Shown here: in pieces, positions 8,172 to 17,388 of the stretch
Numbering within the stretch: the stretch's first letter is position 1
Layout: every line of letters begins with the position of its first letter
NCBI RefSeq assembly: GCF_001545095.1
Contig: NZ_CP013213.1
Coordinates: 2,160,001-2,192,000 of the forward strand
Direction of reading: 5' to 3'
DNA: 32,000 nt
Source: Erysipelothrix larvae
Lineage (GTDB): Bacteria > Bacillota_I > Bacilli_A > Erysipelotrichales > Erysipelotrichaceae
Program-made: the position numbers and the translations under genes
Notes under the pieces: generated by a model
Database searches by the model: none
Told to the model about the DNA's origin: nothing
What the model saw: only the letters and a program-made list of their open reading frames with translations

Positions 8172-11150
8172 CTACCTAGTTTTCTTTCTACGAATTTCAC
8201 TAATTAGTAGACACAATCCACCGATTAAAACTAAGCCTGCACTTAAGGCTACAGTGGAATTTTGTCCTGTATTTGGTAGCTCTCCTATATTCTTTGAACT
8301 ACCATTCCCTAGATTAGTAAGTTGGTTATCTGACTTACCTTTAGCGATTACCTTAACATCAGTCACTGGAGCTTCTGCTGAATTACCAGTTTCTGGTGTT
8401 TCTCCTGGATCTACTTCTTCACCTGGGTTACCTGTTTCTTCTGGATTGCCTGTTTCTGGTGTTACGCCTGGATCTACTTCTTCACCTGGGTTACCTGTTT
8501 CATCTGGATTGCCAGTTTCTGGTGTTTCACCTGGATCTACTTCTTCACCTGGGTTTTCTGTTTCTTCTGGATTTCCTGTTTCTGGTGTTTCGCCTGGATC
8601 TACTTCTTTACCTGGGTTACCTGTTTCATCTGGATTACCAGTTTCTGGTGTTTCGCCTGGATCTACTTCTTCACCTGGGTTACCTGTTTCTTCTGGATTG
8701 CCAGTTTCTGGTGTTTCACCTGGATCTACTTCTTCGCCTGGGTTACCTGTTTCTTCTGGATTACCTGTTTCTGGTGTTTCGCCTGGATCTACTTCTTCAC
8801 CCGGGTTTTCTGTTTCTTCTGGATTACCTGTTTCTGGGTTTTCACCTGGATCTACTTCTTCACCTGGGTTTTCGGTTTCTTCAGGATTTCCTGTTTCTGG
8901 TGTTTCTCCTGGGTCTACTTCTTCACCTGGGTTTTCGGTTTCTTCTGGATTACCAGTTTCTGGTGTTTCGCCTGGATCTACTTCTTCGCCTGGGTTACCT
9001 GTTTCTTCTGGATTGCCAGTTTCTGGTGTTTCTCCTGGGTCTACTTCTTCACCTGGGTTTTCTGTTTCTTCTGGGTTTCCAGTTTCTGGTGTTTCTCCTG
9101 GGTCTACTTCTTCGCCTGGGTTTTCTGTTTCTTCTGGATTACCAGTTTCTGGTGCTTCTCCTGGATCTACTTCTTCGCCTGGGTTACCAGTTTCTGGTGC
9201 TTCTCCTGGACCTACTTCTTCACCTGGGTTTCCTGTTTCTTCTGGATTGCCTGTTTCTGGTGTTTCTCCTGGGTCTACTTCTTCACCTGGGTTTTCTGTT
9301 TCTTCTGGATTACCTGTTTCTGGTGTTTCACCTGGATCTACTTCTTCACCTGGGTTTTCTGTTTCTTCTGGATTACCTGTTTCTGGTGTTTCGCCTGGAT
9401 CTACTTCTTCACCTGGGTTTCCGGTTTCTTCTGGATTGCCTGTTTCTGGTGTTTCGCCTGGATCTACTTCTTCACCTGGGTTTCCTGTTTCTTCTGGATT
9501 GCCTGTTTCTGGTGTTTCACCTGGGTCTACTTCTTCACCTGGGTTTTCTGTTTCTTCTGGATTACCTGTTTCTGGTGTTTCACCTGGATCTACTTCTTCA
9601 CCTGGGTTACCTGTTTCTTCTGGATTGCCTGTTTCTGGTGTTTCACCTGGATCTACTTCTTCACCTGGGTTTTCTGTTTCTTCTGGATTACCAGTTTCTG
9701 GTGTTTCACCTGGATCTACTTCTTCACCTGGGTTTTCTGTTTCTTCTGGATTACCAGTTTCTGGTGTTTCACCTGGATCTACTTCTTCACCTGGGTTTTC
9801 TGTTTCTTCTGGATTGCCAGTTTCTGGGTTTTCGCCTGGATCTACTTCTTCACCTGGGTTTTCTGTTTCTTCTGGATTACCTGTTTCTGGTGTTTCGCCT
9901 GGATCTACTTCTTCACCTGGGTTACCTGTTTCTTCTGGGTTTCCTGTTTCTGGTGTTTCATTACCATCTCCAGGATTACCTGTCTCTGGAAATTCTTCAG
10001 GAGGTAACGCTTCTTCCTCTTCTTCTCCAGCGTCAGTGCTTAAGTCAATATTGAGGATAATTCCTTCATTATATCCACGCTCATCAAATGCTTCATCTGT
10101 ATATAAGTAAGGCTTAACTTCCAATGTTTCTTGGTTATAATCTTCTGTAATTCTAAATAACTGTGTTGCTGAATAATCACGATTTGGATTTACGAATATC
10201 CATGCGTTATTTCTAAAGACTTTGATTGCAAAGTGAGAATCGTTAACGTACCAATCTGATGCGGTTGATTCAAGTTCGGTTTTTGTTTTGACTTGGTCAT
10301 CGACAAGTTCAAGACCTTGTGCTTCTAATCCCATCCATAACTTTCGGTTCGCTATTGAACTATTGTTTGTAACTGCAACCGTTAATTCAACAAGATCACC
10401 AGGTTTTAACCCCTCAGTAACATTTGCAGATACTTCGATATCTGATGTTTCATAATTTGGATAAACAGTTTTTGTAACAGCTGTTCTATTTTTAATATCA
10501 TCAGTATACCAGCTGAGAGATCCTTGGTAATTTTGGTATGTTGCGGATTTGTACGGCGTTCCTTCTACGACTAAATACCGGAATTCAATCGGTGCTGATT
10601 GTCTCATCTCATAGAATGTTCGTGTTTCACGAATATCAACTTTACCATTGTATGTATTTAGGAATTCATAGTACAAGATATTTGGTAGTGCTCCACCGTT
10701 ATTTTCTTGTGCCCATTCATATAATTCTTCACGGGTTATCACGGCATATTCTTGGCCATCATCGGGCAAGAATATAATATCTTTTATGATACTTCTAGTC
10801 GATCCATTTTCCAAATATCCATAGATTCGAATTGCGACCCCATGGTCATCTTCATCTGCAACTGCATCGAATCGAGGAAGAATGATTTCTTGTATCTCTT
10901 GAGTCGAATCAATTGCTTCAGTGTAATAATCAAATCTTAGGTTTTTTAATCCGGTCGAATTACTGAAGTTGATTCCGTCGAGTTTCACAACCATATCATC
11001 TCCAAATCGTACCGTTTTTCTTGATCCTGTTAAGGTCATAGTGGTTTTAGGTGTTTCAGGGAATTCTGATTCATCTTCTGCAAATACAATTGCGGTCATA
11101 TTCAGCATAACCACAAATGTCGCTACGAGTAATCCAAGTAACTTTTTCAT
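8172..11150 (-). CDS. LPXTG-anchored cell-wall surface protein with a long acidic tandem-repeat stalk (992 aa)
   Basis: The signal peptide is MKKLLGLLVATFVVMLNMTAIVFA/EDE. A globular region of about 390 aa contains an Ig-like segment, ANVTEGLKPGDLVELTVAVTNNS. About 25 copies of a 21-aa unit follow. The C-terminus has LPNTG, a hydrophobic helix and RRKKTR. An AAGGAG RBS lies 8 nt upstream. Confidence 0.9.
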   Translation of the reverse strand: MKKLLGLLVATFVVMLNMTAIVFAEDESEFPETPKTTMTLTGSRKTVRFGDDMVVKLDGINFSNSTGLKNLRFDYYTEAIDSTQEIQEIILPRFDAVADEDDHGVAIRIYGYLENGSTRSIIKDIIFLPDDGQEYAVITREELYEWAQENNGGALPNILYYEFLNTYNGKVDIRETRTFYEMRQSAPIEFRYLVVEGTPYKSATYQNYQGSLSWYTDDIKNRTAVTKTVYPNYETSDIEVSANVTEGLKPGDLVELTVAVTNNSSIANRKLWMGLEAQGLELVDDQVKTKTELESTASDWYVNDSHFAIKVFRNNAWIFVNPNRDYSATQLFRITEDYNQETLEVKPYLYTDEAFDERGYNEGIILNIDLSTDAGEEEEEALPPEEFPETGNPGDGNETPETGNPEETGNPGEEVDPGETPETGNPEETENPGEEVDPGENPETGNPEETENPGEEVDPGETPETGNPEETENPGEEVDPGETPETGNPEETENPGEEVDPGETPETGNPEETGNPGEEVDPGETPETGNPEETENPGEEVDPGETPETGNPEETGNPGEEVDPGETPETGNPEETGNPGEEVDPGETPETGNPEETENPGEEVDPGETPETGNPEETENPGEEVDPGETPETGNPEETGNPGEEVGPGEAPETGNPGEEVDPGEAPETGNPEETENPGEEVDPGETPETGNPEETENPGEEVDPGETPETGNPEETGNPGEEVDPGETPETGNPEETENPGEEVDPGETPETGNPEETENPGEEVDPGENPETGNPEETENPGEEVDPGETPETGNPEETGNPGEEVDPGETPETGNPEETGNPGEEVDPGETPETGNPDETGNPGKEVDPGETPETGNPEETENPGEEVDPGETPETGNPDETGNPGEEVDPGVTPETGNPEETGNPGEEVDPGETPETGNSAEAPVTDVKVIAKGKSDNQLTNLGNGSSKNIGELPNTGQNSTVALSAGLVLIGGLCLLISEIRRKKTR
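8385..9960 (-). repeat. Tandem array of about 25 copies of a 63-nt unit encoding PGEEVDPGETPETGNPEET(E/G)N
   Basis: I measured the period directly: ggatctactt recurs at 8407 and 8470, which is 63 nt. Units are near-identical, with a few wobble changes and the G/E variant. One unit near 9150-9230 is shortened. Confidence 0.95.
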
Positions 11151-11198
11151 TAGTATAACTCCTTTATTGGTACTGCAGTGTCTAATATACCGATAACG

Positions 11199-11227
11199 AT
11201 TATCATTAACAACGTGGTTTATTTCAA
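11199..11227 (-). promoter_or_regulatory. Candidate sigma-A promoter of the 992-aa LPXTG gene
   Basis: On the minus strand, TTGAAA, a 17-nt spacer and GATAAT lie about 45 nt upstream of the start codon. Confidence 0.45.
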
Positions 11228-11422
11228 CTTTTTGAAGCAGATGTGATATTTTATTTCGTTTTACACGAAATTTTTTATCATTTTTTTCTTTTAGAGGAAG
11301 TTTTTACTATGTTTATTGCTGTTCAAGCAATGATATTTCAATTTATTTGTCCATTATATTTTTTTATTGGTTTTTTTATTGTTTTTACCGCTTTATTTTT
11401 AAAAAAGGGCTTTAAAAAACAT

Positions 11423-11460
11423 AAACGCGCGGTCTAAATTTTAGATAGACCACGCGTTTT
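11423..11460. terminator. Terminator downstream of the second LPXTG gene (possibly bidirectional)
   Basis: The stem aaacgcgcggtcta/tagaccacgcgttt has one mismatch and is flanked by A-rich and T-rich runs. Confidence 0.55.
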
Positions 11461-11469
11461 GCTTACACT

Positions 11470-13176
11470 CTAGCTTTTTTTTCGATGCATTGCGTTACTT
11501 AACATGCATGCTATACCCATGAGGATCATACCAGCATATAGCGTAAACTGTGACTTTTGTCCTGTGCTTGGTAGCTCTTGATCATCCTTTGATGTTTCAT
11601 TCTTTTCGATAGATTGATCTTCATCACTATCTTTTGAAGCAGTATCATTCCCTGTTTCCAGGTCATTTCCTTGTTCATCACTTGGATTAGCAGGAGTATC
11701 AACCGATTCATTTGATGGACTCTCAGGAATTTCTACAGGAGATTCTACAGGTAAAGACGGCACTTCAACTTCTTCACTGTTTTTTCCACCTTCATCAGGA
11801 GTTTGTGTTTCTGGTGTTTCGGCTGGTTCTTCTACTTCTTCACTGTTGTTTCCACCTTCATCTGGGGTTTGTGTTTCTGGTGTTTCGGTTGGTTCTTCAA
11901 CGTCTTCACTATTGTTTTCACCTTCATCAGGAGTTTGTGTTTCTGGTGTTTCGGTTGGTTCTTCAACGTCTTCACTATTGTTTCCACCTTCATCAGGGGT
12001 TTGTGTTTCTGGTGTTTCGGTTGGCGTTTCTGTTTCTGTCTCTTGTTCTTCAGGTTCTTCGGCCTCAACATCCACATACACTGTCAACCCGTCGTTGTAC
12101 TCTCTTTCATCAAATGCACCATTGGCGAATAAGTATGGTAACACTTCAAGGGTTGGTTGATTGAAGTCTTCTGTAATTCTAAATAATTGCGTCACTGAGT
12201 ATTCATCAGTTGGACTTATTGTTATCCACGCACCATTTTTGTATAGAGGTGTATTCAAAAAGTTTCCACTAACACGCCAGTCTTCGGGAGTTAATTGCAG
12301 ATCGATTCTTGATTGGCTTTCTACTGAAACAGGTTCTAGACCACTTGCTTCAAGACCCATCCATAGGAATCGATTGGTGAGGGAACTATTATTTTTAACC
12401 TTTATACTGAGTTCTACAAGATCGCCTGGTTTAAGTCCTTCTGTTACATTTGCAGTTACCTCTATATCAGATGTTTCAAAATAAGGATAAACACTTTTTA
12501 AGACTGATGTCCGATTGTTGACATTAGTTGTATACCAGCTAAGTTCTCCTTGGTAGAGTTGATACACTGCACCATTATAAGGCGTTCCTTCTACTACTTT
12601 ATAGTGAAATTCAAACGGTGCAGATTGGTACATATCGTAAAATACGCGTGTCATTCCATAATCAATCTCTGTATTTTTCATATTTGAAAAATTGAAGAAC
12701 AGTTTGGTTGGTAGATTACCATAATTGTTTTCTTGCGACCATTCCAACAGCTCAGCTCGTGTTATTTCAACACGTTCTTGTCCATCATCGGGTAAAAACT
12801 TGATATCTTTTACAATGCGTAGCGATGATCCATTTTGGACAATGGCCATAATACGAATCATTACACCATGATCATTACCATCCGCTCGTGCATCGAAACG
12901 AGGAATGACAATTTTTTGTAATTCTTGAGTTGTATCGATTACTTCAGTAAAATAATCGAACTTAAGATTTTTAATTCCAATTGAGTTCTTAAAATTTATT
13001 CCGTCTAATTTCACAACCATATCGTCACCAAATCGTACCGACTTTCGTGATCCGGTTAAGGTCACCACTTTTTCAGGTGAATCTGGATACTCTGAAACTT
13101 CGTCTGCAAATATATAAGCGGTCATATTTAGCGTTCCAATGAGTAACGCGCAAAATAAAGCAACGGTCTTTTTCAT
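11470..13176 (-). CDS. LPXTG-anchored cell-wall surface protein, paralog of 8172..11150 (568 aa)
   Basis: The signal peptide is MKKTVALFCALLIGTLNMTAYIFA. The N-terminal region aligns by eye with the neighbour, for example VTLTGSRKSVRFGDDMVVKLDGINF, VVEGTPY and ANVTEGLKPGDLVEL. Four 22-aa acidic repeats follow, then LPSTG, a hydrophobic helix and HRKKS. Confidence 0.9.
   Translation of the reverse strand: MKKTVALFCALLIGTLNMTAYIFADEVSEYPDSPEKVVTLTGSRKSVRFGDDMVVKLDGINFKNSIGIKNLKFDYFTEVIDTTQELQKIVIPRFDARADGNDHGVMIRIMAIVQNGSSLRIVKDIKFLPDDGQERVEITRAELLEWSQENNYGNLPTKLFFNFSNMKNTEIDYGMTRVFYDMYQSAPFEFHYKVVEGTPYNGAVYQLYQGELSWYTTNVNNRTSVLKSVYPYFETSDIEVTANVTEGLKPGDLVELSIKVKNNSSLTNRFLWMGLEASGLEPVSVESQSRIDLQLTPEDWRVSGNFLNTPLYKNGAWITISPTDEYSVTQLFRITEDFNQPTLEVLPYLFANGAFDEREYNDGLTVYVDVEAEEPEEQETETETPTETPETQTPDEGGNNSEDVEEPTETPETQTPDEGENNSEDVEEPTETPETQTPDEGGNNSEEVEEPAETPETQTPDEGGKNSEEVEVPSLPVESPVEIPESPSNESVDTPANPSDEQGNDLETGNDTASKDSDEDQSIEKNETSKDDQELPSTGQKSQFTLYAGMILMGIACMLSNAMHRKKS
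11759..12025 (-). repeat. Tandem array of 4 copies of a 66-nt unit encoding ETPETQTPDEGGNNSE(D/E)VEEP(T/A)
   Basis: ggtgtttc recurs at 11813 and 11879, which is 66 nt. The protein repeat is visible in the ORF translation. Confidence 0.85.
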
Positions 13177-13470
13177 TGTTATATTACTCCTTTTACAGTT
13201 GACATTGCAGAGTAAATATAGTCATTATCATTTTTTATAGCAACACGATTCATTTCAACGTGATGAAACAAATTTTATATTTTATTTTCTTCAACTGGTA
13301 ATTTTTTTTCATTTTTCCTTAAAATTCTCGATATTTTACCTGTATTAGAGCATGTTTTGTATGCAATTGTACATTATAATCCATTTGCGTTGAATAAATT
13401 GTCGGATTTATCCCATGAAGCACATCTTTGAATTGTGTTCATGGTATGATTGTAGAAAAGGGGGATTGCT

Positions 13471-13917
13471 ATGGCGTCAATAATACTGTTTGCTGAGGGA
13501 ACTCAGATGGTAAAGCTAGAGTTAGAATCATTTGATTCACACTTTGAAGCCCTACCTACTCAATTTACAACACGGTATACATTACGACTCAATATCGTGT
13601 CTTCAATGTATACAACATCACATTCGCTTGATTTCTATAAGCGTAATCTCGAGGATTTCCTGAGTGGACTAAAGAAAGTATATGCAACATGCTCAGGGTC
13701 AATACGTCTCAGTAACGGCTTTTATGATCATGATTTTTTGCTTGTCATCGAAAGTTACGAGACAACTGGCGCAATGCGCTTTGATCTCAATCTTTATAAT
13801 CGTTGTGTACACGATCCTGAAGGTAGCGGCGATCGTCTTTCAATGACTCGTATCATAGATCAATCTACCCTTCCAAACATCATTTATTCACTAGAACAGT
13901 TCTTATCAAACACTTAA
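13471..13917 (+). CDS. Hypothetical cytoplasmic protein, 148 aa, no recognised domain
   Basis: The ATG is preceded by AAAAGGGGGA, and a terminator follows the ORF. There is no signal peptide and no TM segment. Confidence 0.6.
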   Translation: MASIILFAEGTQMVKLELESFDSHFEALPTQFTTRYTLRLNIVSSMYTTSHSLDFYKRNLEDFLSGLKKVYATCSGSIRLSNGFYDHDFLLVIESYETTGAMRFDLNLYNRCVHDPEGSGDRLSMTRIIDQSTLPNIIYSLEQFLSNT

Positions 13918-13950
13918 AAACTCTCCACTTAGGTTCATGGAGAGTTTTGT
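13916..13950. terminator. Bidirectional terminator shared by the 148-aa ORF and the GH1 gene
   Basis: The stem actctcca/tggagagt has an A-run 5' and a T-run 3' on the plus strand. Confidence 0.6.
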
Positions 13951-13951
13951 T

Positions 13952-15798
<1,847 letters not shown>

Positions 15799-15799
15799 A

Positions 15800-16099
15800 C
15801 TAATCCCCAATTAATTTAAGTGCTTGATTTAATGCACTCTTTCCATCCATCATACCATATACAACCATGTCAATAACCGCTACAGGACAGTCAAGTTGTG
15901 ATTGTATTTCAGATAGTCTATGTCCAACTTGTGGTCCTATCAAGACTGCATCAGCATCTGCTGCGGTTTTTTTGAGTGATTCTACAGCATAAGCTGCAAT
16001 ATCACATTCTTCACCAATCGTTTTGGCATGATCCTTCATCTTGTTTACAAGGATACTGGTGGACATCCCTCCAGCACATAACAATACAATTTTTTTCAT
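15800..16099 (-). CDS. PTS lactose/cellobiose-family EIIB component
   Basis: MKKIVLLCAGGMSTSILVNKM contains the active-site Cys motif. An AGGAGGA RBS precedes the start. Confidence 0.9.
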   Translation of the reverse strand: MKKIVLLCAGGMSTSILVNKMKDHAKTIGEECDIAAYAVESLKKTAADADAVLIGPQVGHRLSEIQSQLDCPVAVIDMVVYGMMDGKSALNQALKLIGD

Positions 16100-16115
16100 A
16101 AAATCCTCCTAAATA

Positions 16116-17378
16116 TTATGCAGTAGCTCCCGCATTTTCTTCGTTTTTCACTGCAATCTCATCTGCTAAGTAAGTATCATCTTGTGCTTTAATAAAAGGA
16201 ATATAGATGAGTGTACATGCAACAAGTTGTAGGAATTGTGACACAATCCCTTGCCATCCGTAGTTAAAGAATCCAGAGATAATTACCGGTGATCCAAGTG
16301 GCATACTTACGCCATTATCAAATGGAAGGAATCCAATGATTGTTAAGGTATAGGCGATGAGTGACGAAACTGCAGGTGTTAACATTAATGGTATCAACAT
16401 TTTAATATTCAATACTTGTGGAATCCCAAATTTAATCGGTTCTGAGATTCCGAAACAAGCTGGAATAAACCCAAGTTTACCCACTGCTTTAAGACGTTCG
16501 GATTTAGCTTGGAACATACAAAGAATGGATACAGCAAGTGAACGTGCTCCTCTATTTCCTAAAACAAATCCCATTGTAAAGAGGTGTGGTAATGGTAATC
16601 CTTGTGAGAATGCCGCTAGATTTTCAAGACCTGGTTGATAGAATACAAGCATGAGTACAGGATACACTGCAAGTACACCGTGCATTCCAAAGAACCAAAG
16701 GAATTCAATAAATGCAACGATAATCATTACTGCAACAATATTTGATCCAAGTGCTTTTAAAGGAATTGAAACAAGTGATAATAACATGCTTTGTAAGCTT
16801 CCGTATGAAGTTTGTTCAAACACCATTGCAAGAATCCCAAAGAGCACTGCAATTACAAGTCCTGGAATGATCGCTGAGAATGATTTACTTACTACAGGTG
16901 GTACAGAGTCTGGCATCTTAATCACAATTTTCTTATCTGTTAAGAAGATATAGAGTGCTGCTGCTCCTAACCCACCAAAGATTGCGACGAACATTGATCC
17001 CGCACCTAAGTTCGAAGTAGCAAGACCTTTGAGTCCTTCGACGTTTGTAAGTGGCGTAAGAATAAAGAATGCGAGTGTTGACATCACTGCTGTATTCAGT
17101 GTGTCTTTCCCTTTCAATTCTGCGAGTTTATACCCTACCAAGAAGGCAGCATAGATTGATACGATATCAATCGTCATCGAGTTAATAATTGTGGTAACTT
17201 TTAAAATTCCAACACTTTCCATAAATGCTTGTGATCCACCAATATTAATGGACGCTACAAGTGAAGCGATTGAGCTAACAATCATAACAGGCATCAAGCC
17301 AGTCATTGCTCCTGATACTGCTTTAATATATGTATTACTTTCAAATGCTCTTGCAAAGCCTAATAGTTTGTCTTTCAT
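16116..17378 (-). CDS. PTS cellobiose/beta-glucoside-family EIIC permease
   Basis: This 420-aa polytopic membrane protein reads ...KLGFIPACFGISEPIKFGIPQVLN..., typical of EIIC(Lac/Cel). It sits within the PTS operon. Confidence 0.9.
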   Translation of the reverse strand: MKDKLLGFARAFESNTYIKAVSGAMTGLMPVMIVSSIASLVASINIGGSQAFMESVGILKVTTIINSMTIDIVSIYAAFLVGYKLAELKGKDTLNTAVMSTLAFFILTPLTNVEGLKGLATSNLGAGSMFVAIFGGLGAAALYIFLTDKKIVIKMPDSVPPVVSKSFSAIIPGLVIAVLFGILAMVFEQTSYGSLQSMLLSLVSIPLKALGSNIVAVMIIVAFIEFLWFFGMHGVLAVYPVLMLVFYQPGLENLAAFSQGLPLPHLFTMGFVLGNRGARSLAVSILCMFQAKSERLKAVGKLGFIPACFGISEPIKFGIPQVLNIKMLIPLMLTPAVSSLIAYTLTIIGFLPFDNGVSMPLGSPVIISGFFNYGWQGIVSQFLQLVACTLIYIPFIKAQDDTYLADEIAVKNEENAGATA

Positions 17379-17388
17379 ATTTTCCCTC

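Noticed and set aside
8385-9960. A regularly spaced repeat array that could superficially suggest a CRISPR array.
   Set aside because: The units are directly abutting 63-nt tandem copies with no unique spacers. They lie in-frame inside a CDS, and no cas genes are present.
8134-10110. Long plus-strand ORFs (658 aa and 552 aa, 8396..10054) running antisense through the 63-nt repeat array.
   Set aside because: They are artefacts of a stop-free low-complexity repeat, giving SGLPVSGVSPGSTSSPG and LLLHLGFLFLLD reiterations. They have no RBS, signal or start context. The minus-strand frame has a signal peptide, a globular domain and an LPXTG anchor.
11243-11437. A 64-aa hydrophobic ORF (or a shorter version from the ATG at 11309, after AGAGGAAG) between the two LPXTG genes.
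   Set aside because: It lies in AT-rich DNA that is the duplicated promoter and 5' region of the LPXTG gene. The homologous region upstream of the paralog (13177-13470) has no equivalent ORF. Its Phe/Ile-rich composition is what T-rich DNA yields. A real small membrane peptide cannot be excluded.
11712-12164. Several plus- and minus-strand ORFs (150, 109, 104 and 81 aa) over the 66-nt repeat region of the second LPXTG gene.
   Set aside because: These are alternative or antisense frames of a repetitive acidic-stalk coding region, with no independent start signals.
6424-13950. Possibility of an integrated prophage, ICE or classic genomic island at tRNA-Leu.
   Set aside because: I could find no integrase, recombinase, transposase, phage structural or conjugation genes, and no direct repeat of the tRNA 3' end by eye. 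I kept this only as an 'accessory-looking segment' finding.
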